A stretch of 36,488 bases of DNA from Verrucomicrobiia bacterium (GTDB taxonomy: Bacteria > Verrucomicrobiota > Verrucomicrobiia > JABWAM01): contig JABWAM010000002.1 of the NCBI GenBank assembly GCA_013360985.1, positions 1 through 36,488 on the forward strand. The letters run 5' to 3'. Positions 29,528 to 36,488 of the stretch are shown piece by piece (positions within the stretch are counted from its first letter, which is position 1; every line of letters begins with the position of its first letter). Below the pieces are notes generated by a model. The model did not search any database and was not told the origin of the DNA. It was given only the letters and a program-made list of their open reading frames with translations. A program made the translations under genes and the position numbers.

Positions 29528-30445
29528 GTGCTGGTTTTTCTTGCGCGCCGCGTAGTGCTCGGGTTGCTGACGCTTTTTTGCGTGGTCTCGCTCACGTTCG
29601 TGATGATGCGCGCGATGCCGGGCGGTCCGTTCGACAAGGAGCGCAAGCTCCCTCCCGCCGTCGAGAAAAACCTCCTGGCGCGCTACAAGCTCGACGGAAC
29701 GCTCGGGGAACAGTATCGCGATTACCTCCTCGACGTCGCGCGAGGCGACCTGCGGCTCTCGACGAAATACCGCAACCGTTCGGTGAACGAGATCCTCGGT
29801 CAGACGCTTCCCGTCTCGATGGCGCTCGGGACGGTCGCCTTCGCCCTGGCGCTCGCGATCGGCATCGCGCTCGGGGCGGTCGCCGCTGTGCGGCGGGCGA
29901 CCTGGGTGGATCACGCGGCGATGGCCGCCGCCGTCTTGAGCATCTCGATTCCCACGTTCGTCATCGCGCCGGTTGCGGTGCTGCTGCTGGCGTTGCGTCT
30001 CCATCTCTTTCCCGTTGCGGGTTGGGGCGGCGCGCGGCACCTTGTTCTTCCGGCGGTTTGTCTCGCCCTCCCGTATGCGGCCTATGTGGCCCGCCTCGTC
30101 CGCAACAGCCTCCTCGAGGTCCTCCATCAGGACTTCGTCCGCACCGCGCGGGCGAAGGGGCTCGACGAGGCGCGCGTCGTGGTGAAGCACGCCCTCAAGG
30201 TCGCCTTGCTGCCGGTCGTCTCCTTTTCGGGGCCGCTGGCGGCCAACCTTCTCACGGGCTCGTTGGTTGTCGAGGAAATCTTCAAGGTGCCCGGCGTCGG
30301 CGCGTTTTTCGTGAACGGGGTGTTGAACCGCGACGTCTTCCTCGTCGGCGGCGCGGTGATCGTCTATTCGACCCTTCTGATCGCCTTCAATCTCGCCGTG
30401 GACCTCGCGTACCCCCTGCTCGACCGGAGGATTCGCCGGGAATGA
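29528..30445 (+). CDS. ABC peptide/nickel-type transporter permease (OppB/DppB-like)
   Basis: The GTG at 29528 gives MLVFLARRVVLGLLTLFCVVSLTFVMMRAMPGGPF, the typical DppB N-terminus. Contains the EAA-loop region FVRTARAKGL. 305 aa. Confidence 0.85.
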   Translation: MLVFLARRVVLGLLTLFCVVSLTFVMMRAMPGGPFDKERKLPPAVEKNLLARYKLDGTLGEQYRDYLLDVARGDLRLSTKYRNRSVNEILGQTLPVSMALGTVAFALALAIGIALGAVAAVRRATWVDHAAMAAAVLSISIPTFVIAPVAVLLLALRLHLFPVAGWGGARHLVLPAVCLALPYAAYVARLVRNSLLEVLHQDFVRTARAKGLDEARVVVKHALKVALLPVVSFSGPLAANLLTGSLVVEEIFKVPGVGAFFVNGVLNRDVFLVGGAVIVYSTLLIAFNLAVDLAYPLLDRRIRRE

Positions 30446-31362
30446 ACGCGCCCGAGATTCGCCGCGATCGCCTTTGGCCGCGCATCCTCCGCAACCGGGC
30501 GATGGTCGCCTGTCTGACGGGGCTTTTTCTGATCGTGCTCGCGTCGGTCTTTGGGCCGTTCTTTACGGGCTACGGTTATGAAGAGACGAGCGATCTGCAG
30601 TTCGCTCCGCCCAGCCTGCGGCATCCTTTCGGCACGGATCTCCACGGGCGGGATGTGCTCACGCGAGTGCTTTATGGAGGACGCGTGTCGCTCGCGGTCG
30701 GGCTCATTGGCACGCTGGTGAGCCTGACGGTCGGCGTCGCGTGGGGGATGATCGCGGGGTATCGCGGAGGGCGCACCGATCTCGCCATGATGCGGTTTGT
30801 GGACGTGCTTTACTCGCTGCCGCGTCTCGTCTTCGTGATTGTGCTCGTGACGGCGCTCGATCCGCTCGCGCGCGCGGGGTTGGGGCGGCTCGGCCTGGAG
30901 ACGTTTGCCGGCGGCGCGCGGATGCTGCTCCTCTTCGTGGGGTTGGGGGCGGTCTCCTGGTTGACGATGGCCCGGATCGTGCGCGGGCAGGTGCTCGCGC
31001 TCAAGGAGCAGTCGTTCGTTCTGGCGGCGCGCGCGTTGGGCGCGCGCGGAGGACGCATCCTGGGGCGGCATCTCCTGCCGAACCTTTGGGGGATCGTGAT
31101 GGTCTATCTCACCCTGATGATCCCCGCGGTGATCCTCGACGAATCGTTTCTCAGCTTTCTCGGGCTGGGCATCCAGGCGCCGCAATCGAGCTGGGGGTCG
31201 CTCATCGCGGACGGAGCGGCAGCGATCAACCCGATCCGGATTTACTGGTGGCTGCTTGTTTTTCCGGGCGGCGTCATGGGCGCAACGCTGCTCGCGCTGA
31301 ACCTCCTCGGCGACCAGCTTCGCGATCTCCTCGATCCGCGCACGGTTCGCGGACGCAGATAG
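30442..31362 (+). CDS. ABC peptide/nickel-type transporter permease (OppC/DppC-like)
   Basis: The ATG at 30442 overlaps the upstream stop (ATGA). Contains HPFGTDLHGRDVLTRVLYGGRVSL, GYRGGRTDLAMMRFVDVLYSLP and FVLAARALGA (EAA loop). Confidence 0.85.
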   Translation: MNAPEIRRDRLWPRILRNRAMVACLTGLFLIVLASVFGPFFTGYGYEETSDLQFAPPSLRHPFGTDLHGRDVLTRVLYGGRVSLAVGLIGTLVSLTVGVAWGMIAGYRGGRTDLAMMRFVDVLYSLPRLVFVIVLVTALDPLARAGLGRLGLETFAGGARMLLLFVGLGAVSWLTMARIVRGQVLALKEQSFVLAARALGARGGRILGRHLLPNLWGIVMVYLTLMIPAVILDESFLSFLGLGIQAPQSSWGSLIADGAAAINPIRIYWWLLVFPGGVMGATLLALNLLGDQLRDLLDPRTVRGRR

Positions 31363-31374
31363 GGCCTCGCGCGG

Positions 31375-32850
31375 TTACCTCAAGGCCGCCAGCAAGCCGT
31401 CGAGATCCACCGTGGCGAAGCCGGCGGCTTGATCGGACATCGCATAGGGGAGGATGAGCCGCGCGGCGTGAACGAGGCTGCCGCAACTGTAAACAACGTT
31501 GGGCACGTAACCCTTGCGTTCCGCGGCGGTCGCCGTGAGCAGCGGTTCCGGGAGGCGGCCAATGACACGGGAGGGATCTTCCGCATCGAGAAGCATTGCG
31601 CCGATCGCGTATTCGCGCATCGGACCAACCCCGTGGGTGAGCACCAGCCAGCCTTCGGGCAGCTCGATGGGAGAACCGCAGTTGCCCAACTGGATGAACT
31701 CCCAGGGAAACGTCGGGCGCGCGAGCAGTCGCGGTTCGTACCAGAAGTGGAGCAGATCGGAATACATCAAAAAGATGTTTTCGTTGTCCTGGCGCGAGAG
31801 CATCGCGTAGAGGCCGTTGATCTTTCGCGGGAAGAGGGCCAGGCCTTTGTTCTGCACGGCGGGGCCGTTGAGCGAACTCATGCGAAACGTCTCAAAGTCG
31901 CAGGTCTCGAGCAACTGGGGGATCGCGACGCGCCCGTCATAGGCCGTGTAGGTCGCGTAGTAGACGAACGTTCCGTCGTCCTGTTGGAAACGGACAAAGC
32001 GCGCGTCCTCCATCCCATTGATCTCGGCGGGGCCATGGGGGAACAGGACCTTTTCCGAGAGCGGCGCTTCCGGCGCAAAACGCGTCTCGTAGTTGGATCG
32101 GGCGAGCAAGAGGATCCCGCGCGCTTCATGCGATTGGTTCGGCGCGCGGAAGCCGGCGTCGCGACAGACGCGGTCCACCGCGCCGTTGAGATCGGAAAAG
32201 CTGAATGTTTCGCCGAGCGCGGCCAGCACGCGTTCTGCGAGCGATTGGATGAGACCCAGTTCTTGAAGTTTGCGCCGAAAGAGGCGTTTTTCGTAGGAAA
32301 CGCTTGGCTTGGTGCGGCCCGACCGGGAATATTTGCCCGGCGGGTCGACGGCGATCGCTCCGTCGGCGGCGATCAGGCCCGTGCGAAAAGAGATCGAGGA
32401 GACATGTCCTTCGCCCGTGGAACGGAGGCTCAAGAGGAAGCGCAGCGCCCCCTCGGGCGCCTCGGACTGATCGGGATGCGCGACGATGGAGGGATTGAAA
32501 AGGGCGGCGGCTTCGAGGGCGTACTCATGAGAAAAATGCGCGCCGATCAGGAGTTTGCGCGGCTCGGAAAGCTTCGCGTCGGTGAGGAGGTCGCCGCTTA
32601 TCCTCTCGAACTGCTCTAGAAGGAACGTCCGAAGATCGGCGTGCCGTGAAGCGAACTCTTCGAAGACGCGCGCCAAGTGCGCCTCGACGTTTTCCTCGGA
32701 AATGGCCATCAGGCGGCTGAGGATCCGCGCAGCGCGGCCGCCGTTCGCGACGTGAAACGGGCGCAGGAGCACGCGGCCGGGGTCCGGTTTGAGGATGAGA
32801 TCGGTCCGCCGGACCCAGGGCCGCGCGGGCGAAGGGAAAGTCCGGCTCAT
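31375..32850 (-). CDS. GH130-family (beta-mannoside phosphorylase-like) protein with an N-terminal extension of about 300 aa
   Basis: The ATG at 32850 overlaps the upstream stop (ATGA). The C-terminal half carries NGMEDARFVRF..GTFVYYATYTAYDG, NKGLALFPRKINGLYAMLSRQ, PWEFIQLGNCGSPIELPEGWLVLTHGVG, YAIGAMLLDAEDPSRVIG and VPNVVYSCG, which I recognise as GH130 (former DUF377) signatures. The upstream 74 codons of the track ORF are rejected. Confidence 0.75.
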   Translation of the reverse strand: MSRTFPSPARPWVRRTDLILKPDPGRVLLRPFHVANGGRAARILSRLMAISEENVEAHLARVFEEFASRHADLRTFLLEQFERISGDLLTDAKLSEPRKLLIGAHFSHEYALEAAALFNPSIVAHPDQSEAPEGALRFLLSLRSTGEGHVSSISFRTGLIAADGAIAVDPPGKYSRSGRTKPSVSYEKRLFRRKLQELGLIQSLAERVLAALGETFSFSDLNGAVDRVCRDAGFRAPNQSHEARGILLLARSNYETRFAPEAPLSEKVLFPHGPAEINGMEDARFVRFQQDDGTFVYYATYTAYDGRVAIPQLLETCDFETFRMSSLNGPAVQNKGLALFPRKINGLYAMLSRQDNENIFLMYSDLLHFWYEPRLLARPTFPWEFIQLGNCGSPIELPEGWLVLTHGVGPMREYAIGAMLLDAEDPSRVIGRLPEPLLTATAAERKGYVPNVVYSCGSLVHAARLILPYAMSDQAAGFATVDLDGLLAALR

Positions 32851-35129
32851 TCTTCTTTGGGAAGCGTAAAGTTGCTCGTTTCGTTGCGAAGCAGTTGCAT
32901 CTCGGCGAGGGCGAGCAGGAAGGAGATCGTGGATTCGGCGCCTTGGTTTTCGTTGACGCGATCCATATGGAGCGCGTCGCGGCAGCCTCCCGAGCGGGGA
33001 TCGTAAAGCGGGAGGCCGAGGTCGTTGTCGCCGAGATACCAACCAAAGGCCTTTTCGGCGCGCTGTCGCCACGCCGCATCACCCGTCCGGCGGTAAGCTT
33101 CGACGCAGGCCGAGACCATGCTGTGCGCCTCGACCGGTTGCTGATCGAACAGGGCGCGCCGGCCTTCTCGCGGATAGAAACCGTTCGAGCCGATGGGGCG
33201 AAAGCGGCCGCGTTCCGAAGTTTGTATGGCGGTAAGCCATTCGAGCGTTCGCAGTCCGATCTCCCGAGCCTTTGCGTGATTTGACCAGCAGCCGCTCAAG
33301 AACAACGCCTGCGCGAGCTTCGCGTTGTCGTAGGTGACGACGGGTTCGAACCAGGGCCAATCGTCGCTCGCGGTCTGTTCAAAGAGCGAGATCAAGCATT
33401 CCGTGAGATGTTCGCGGATTTGGTTGACGCGGCGGTCGCCGCTAAAACACCGAAAATATTCATGGATGCCGATCAACGAAAACGCCCATGCGCGCGGAGA
33501 CTTGAACTCGCGCGCCGGCCCGAGGGCTCGGAGAAAGATCTGCCCGGCGTGTGTGCGGAGTCCCCGCCGTTGTGAACGGCCGACGCACGTTCCCAGGGCC
33601 CACAAGGCGCGGCCGTGACAGTCTTCGGAACCCACGTCTTCAGTCCACGCGCGGTCGAACCCGAGAAAATTCCGGAAACGTTCACTGGCCGGATCGAGCG
33701 CATAATTCAGAAAGGCCAAGGAAGTTGTCCCGATCCGGCGCGGCGCGGACCCCTCGACCCCGAGCTCTTCGAGAAGCACCATGAGGACGAGGGCGCGCGC
33801 GTTGTCGTCGGTGCAGTAGCCGTGCGCGAAGTTCGGCACGGTAAAATTGGCGTGTTGGAGCACGCCGGTGGAGTCGGTGAGGAGATCGAGGTAATCGAGC
33901 TTGATCCGAGGCAGTTCTTCCGCGGAACGATCGAGCGTCCGGCTCGCGAAGGCGGCGCGCGGGCGCGCGGCGGAGGTCATCCGCGCTTTTTCGAACGATT
34001 GGTAGTAGAGGTGGGCCACGTAATCCCAGACCATATCGCGGCCGAGACGGTAGGCGGCCTTTCGCATTGCATGCCGCCGCACTTCGTCGCGCAGCAGGCT
34101 GATGGTTTCGCGCGCGAGCGCCTCTGAATCGCCGAACGGCACGAGGACGCCGCGGCCGTCGGCGAGGAGCTCTTGGGCATGCCAGTAGGGAGTGGAGATG
34201 ACCGCCTTGCCGCAGCCGAAGCTATAGGCGAGGGTTCCCGAGGTGATTTGTTCGGCGTTGAGATAGGGGGTGATGTAGATATCGGTCACCCCGAGGAATT
34301 CCTTGAGCTCGGCGAGCTCCACGAAGCGATTGTAAAAGATGACATGCCGCCCGATCTGGAGATCGCGCGCCAAACGCTCGAGTTCCAAGCGGTACGTCTC
34401 GCCCTGATCCCGCAGCAGCGCCGGATGGGTCGCGCCGAGAACGAGATACACTGTGTTCGGAAACTCGGCGAGGATTGCGGGCAGGGCCTTGAAGGCGTGT
34501 TCGATCCCCTTGTTGGGAGAGAGCAGACCGAAGGTCATCAGCACGTTGCGTCCCTCCACGCCGAACTGGTCTTTGTAATAGTTCGGATCCACGAACGGCA
34601 TATCCGGGATGCCGTGCGCGATGAGGTCGAGCTTCTCGGCGGGCGCGCCATAGATGTCCCGCATGAATTCCAAAGCTTTTTCCGACATCACGGTCAGCCT
34701 CGAGGAGATGCGGACCAGTTCCTTCATCACCCGCCGCTGCTCGGGGTTCGGCTGGCTGAGCACGGTGTGAAGCGTTGTCACTACGGGCATCCTCAGGTTG
34801 CGGAGGAGGTTCAAGATGTGGCTCCCGGAAGGGCCGCCAAAAATCCCGAACTCGTGCTGGACGCTGACGACGTCCACGTTGCTGATGTTCAGAAAGTCTG
34901 CGGCGCGCTGATAGGAGGCCGTATCCTGCTCCTCGATTTCGAAGCGGACCTCCTCGGGATAAGAGTAGCGCTCTTCCAAATCGTTGACCGGGATCATGAG
35001 CACCTCGGACTGCGCGTACTGAGCCGTCAGCGCCGCGCGGAGATCGCTCGAAAAGGTGGCGATGCCGCATTTGCGCGGGAGGTAGTTTCCCACGATAGCA
35101 ATTCGCTGAATGTTCACGCGTCCGCCCAT
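32847..35129 (-). CDS. GT4-family glycosyltransferase fused to a C-terminal helical-repeat (alpha/alpha-toroid-like) domain of about 370 aa
   Basis: The ATG at 35129 gives MGGRVNIQRIAIVGNYLPRKCGIATFSSDL. GT4/GT-B features are VVSVQHEFGIFGG, MTFGLLSPNKGIE, ITPYLNAEQITSGTLAYSFGCGKAVISTP and ELL.DGRGVLVP. The C-terminal half has repeated aromatic/helical segments: HGYCTDDNARAL, GRALWALG, AWAFSLIG, NAKLAQAL and NQGAESTISFLLAL. Confidence 0.8.
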   Translation of the reverse strand: MGGRVNIQRIAIVGNYLPRKCGIATFSSDLRAALTAQYAQSEVLMIPVNDLEERYSYPEEVRFEIEEQDTASYQRAADFLNISNVDVVSVQHEFGIFGGPSGSHILNLLRNLRMPVVTTLHTVLSQPNPEQRRVMKELVRISSRLTVMSEKALEFMRDIYGAPAEKLDLIAHGIPDMPFVDPNYYKDQFGVEGRNVLMTFGLLSPNKGIEHAFKALPAILAEFPNTVYLVLGATHPALLRDQGETYRLELERLARDLQIGRHVIFYNRFVELAELKEFLGVTDIYITPYLNAEQITSGTLAYSFGCGKAVISTPYWHAQELLADGRGVLVPFGDSEALARETISLLRDEVRRHAMRKAAYRLGRDMVWDYVAHLYYQSFEKARMTSAARPRAAFASRTLDRSAEELPRIKLDYLDLLTDSTGVLQHANFTVPNFAHGYCTDDNARALVLMVLLEELGVEGSAPRRIGTTSLAFLNYALDPASERFRNFLGFDRAWTEDVGSEDCHGRALWALGTCVGRSQRRGLRTHAGQIFLRALGPAREFKSPRAWAFSLIGIHEYFRCFSGDRRVNQIREHLTECLISLFEQTASDDWPWFEPVVTYDNAKLAQALFLSGCWSNHAKAREIGLRTLEWLTAIQTSERGRFRPIGSNGFYPREGRRALFDQQPVEAHSMVSACVEAYRRTGDAAWRQRAEKAFGWYLGDNDLGLPLYDPRSGGCRDALHMDRVNENQGAESTISFLLALAEMQLLRNETSNFTLPKEE

Positions 35130-35198
35130 AGCGATCTTCAACACCGAGTGTCGGCGAATCGGAACTCCGGCACAAGGGCGGACTCCCCTTGCGCGCTT

Positions 35199-35219
35199 TC
35201 CGTAATGCAAAATTGCGGA
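35199..35219. promoter_or_regulatory. 21-bp imperfect palindrome (candidate repressor operator) just upstream of the efflux adaptor gene
   Basis: TCCGTAAT-gcaaa-ATTGCGGA has half-sites that match 7 of 8 positions. It ends 20 nt before the ATG at 35240, in the 110-nt divergent spacer. Confidence 0.3.
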
Positions 35220-35239
35220 GATCGTTTTACAATTCGCGG

Positions 35240-36325
35240 ATGCGCTTTCCGACGTTTGCATCCCTCCTCGCGTTGGCGGTCGCGCTTTCGGGTTGCGGAT
35301 CGAATCCCGCGAAGGGAGAGAAGGGCGGATCGAGAAAGCGGGGCGACGGCGACCAGGCCGCGAAGGTGGTGCGTCAAGACCTCGATTTCGCCGTCGAGGT
35401 CACCGGCGACCTGCGCCCGTCGGTGCAGGTGGACGTGAAGGCCGAAGTCAGCGGCAAGATCAAGAAGATCCGCGTGGACATCGGGCAGTCCGTAAAGCGC
35501 GGGGCGCCGCTTCTCGAGTTGGACGACTACGACCTGCTCACCGAGCGCGCCTCGACGCTCATCGAGATCGAGGGCGCCAAGCTCCATCTCAGCAAGGCCG
35601 CGGTCAACGCGAAGCGCGCGCAGGAACTCCTCGTCGGCGGCCTCGTCTCCAAGCAGGAAGCGGAGAATCTCAAGCTCGACGCCGACATCGCCGCGAACAG
35701 CCTCGACCGCGCGACGAAACGCCTCCAAGGCGTCGAAGACAAGATCGTCAAGACGCGCATTGCGTCGCCGATCGACGGGGTGGTCACCACGCTCCCCGTC
35801 GTCGAGGGGCAAGTCGTGGTGGGCGGACCGAGCGTGTCGGCGGGGACGCTTCTGATGACGCTGGCCAATCTCACCGATATGCTCATCTCGACGCATGTCA
35901 ACCAAATGGACGTCACGCGGATGCGCGAAGGGCAGGCGGTCGAGGTCGCGGTGGACGCCTTCGAGGGCGCGAAGCTCGGCGGCAAGATTCAGCTCATCGC
36001 CCCAATCGCGACGATCAAGAACAACATCAAAGGGTTTGCGGTGGATATCCTGGTTACGAGCCAGGACCGCCGGATTCGACCGGGAATGTCGGCCAACGTG
36101 CGCATCCCGATCTCGCGCGCCAAGGCGGCGTTGACCGTTCCGATCGAGGCGGTCTTTCGGGAGGAAAAGAAGCGGGTGGTCTACGTGAAAAACGGCGACC
36201 GGTTTGAGCGGCGCGAGGTGGAGGTGGGCCTCGCCACGTCGGATCGCGCGGAGATTAAGCGCGGCGTCCAGGAGGGCGATCTCGTGTCGCTGATCCGTCC
36301 GAAGGAAAAGCCCGGCGGAAGCTGA
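35240..36325 (+). CDS. Efflux transporter periplasmic adaptor subunit (HlyD/MacA/RND MFP family), lipoprotein
   Basis: The ATG at 35240 gives MRFPTFASLLALAVALSGCGS (lipobox). Then come VEVTGDLRPSVQVDVKAEVSGKIKKIRVDIGQSVKRGAPLLELD (lipoyl-like), a coiled-coil hairpin, IASPIDGVV, and the beta-barrel/MP domains ...VVYVKNGDRFERREVEVG. Confidence 0.85.
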   Translation: MRFPTFASLLALAVALSGCGSNPAKGEKGGSRKRGDGDQAAKVVRQDLDFAVEVTGDLRPSVQVDVKAEVSGKIKKIRVDIGQSVKRGAPLLELDDYDLLTERASTLIEIEGAKLHLSKAAVNAKRAQELLVGGLVSKQEAENLKLDADIAANSLDRATKRLQGVEDKIVKTRIASPIDGVVTTLPVVEGQVVVGGPSVSAGTLLMTLANLTDMLISTHVNQMDVTRMREGQAVEVAVDAFEGAKLGGKIQLIAPIATIKNNIKGFAVDILVTSQDRRIRPGMSANVRIPISRAKAALTVPIEAVFREEKKRVVYVKNGDRFERREVEVGLATSDRAEIKRGVQEGDLVSLIRPKEKPGGS

Positions 36326-36341
36326 AGCGGCGCGATCCCCT

Positions 36342-36488
36342 ATGCCTTTGTGGGTCGAGAACTTCGTGGTGTTGGGCGGGTTCGTCGCGCTGGTTGCCGC
36401 CGGAGGGGTCGCGGCGCGCGGAGAACGCTGGCGGCGCGCGATCGCGCGCTTTCGCAAGGACCGCGTCGGGCTCGCTTGCCTCGCCGTC
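36342..36488 (+). CDS. 5' fragment of a membrane protein (possibly an ABC permease); continues beyond the window
   Basis: The ATG at 36342 gives MPLWVENFVVLGGFVALVAAGGVAARGERWRRAIARFRKDRVGLACLAV. This has a hydrophobic segment and an F-R-K-D/N-R-x-G/A-L pattern like DppC-type N-termini. Only 49 codons are visible. Confidence 0.3.
   Translation, partial: MPLWVENFVVLGGFVALVAAGGVAARGERWRRAIARFRKDRVGLACLAV

Noticed and set aside
32833-32850. GGGAAAGTCCGGCTC, which resembles the RNase P RNA P4 motif GGAAAGTCCGGGCT.
   Set aside because: It lies on the antisense strand of the ATGA junction of two well-supported minus-strand CDS. No other RNase P elements lie nearby.

Overview
This is a 36.5-kb, high-GC chromosomal segment; hand counts on 60-nt lines mostly give 62-72% G+C. 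It is gene-dense and mostly housekeeping. The gene content suggests a PVC-type (Verrucomicrobiota-like) bacterium: a pseudopilin with the H-X9-DG tail, an OmpL/bbp2-like porin with an N-terminal coiled coil, and frequent non-ATG starts with weak Shine-Dalgarno sequences. I call 30 CDS: folC' (partial), an envelope trio (STN/LTXXQ protein, pseudopilin, AsmA-like), thiE, two small conserved unknowns, a Gfo/Idh/MocA oxidoreductase, lgt, mnmG, acnA, marC-family, nagB, a GT9 heptosyltransferase-like gene, a URO-D/MT2-like gene, dnaN, a fused PTP-rpiB-glyA ORF, a porin, a small SWIM protein, gyrA, a HAD hydrolase, murA, an oppBC-like permease pair, a GH130-like gene, a GT4 fusion, an RND/MacA-type adaptor, and one partial ORF. 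I found no rRNA, tRNA, CRISPR array, IS element, integrase or recognisable defence genes. I do not see a convincing new multi-gene system. The most unusual observations are listed here. (1) One 729-codon ORF fuses a low-molecular-weight phosphatase, RpiB and serine hydroxymethyltransferase. (2) mnmG shows a sharp internal switch in composition and codon usage (about 68% to 40-55% GC) that begins at a lineage-specific insertion of about 50 residues and ends at the stop codon. (3) The 583-bp low-GC spacer upstream of dnaN carries three same-strand DnaA-box-type 9-mers, with no dnaA adjacent. (4) A roughly 145-nt non-coding repeat family has three copies, each lying 150-190 nt upstream of a gene and in the same orientation as it. 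(5) A translationally coupled pair encodes a GT4 fused to an alpha-helical-repeat domain, followed by an N-terminally extended GH130-like protein. Five gene pairs overlap by the 4-nt ATGA motif, which suggests translational coupling. Many long Arg/Pro/Gly-rich ORFs in the track are antisense or out-of-frame artefacts of high GC, and I rejected them. All homology calls come from recognising motifs by eye; no searches were run.
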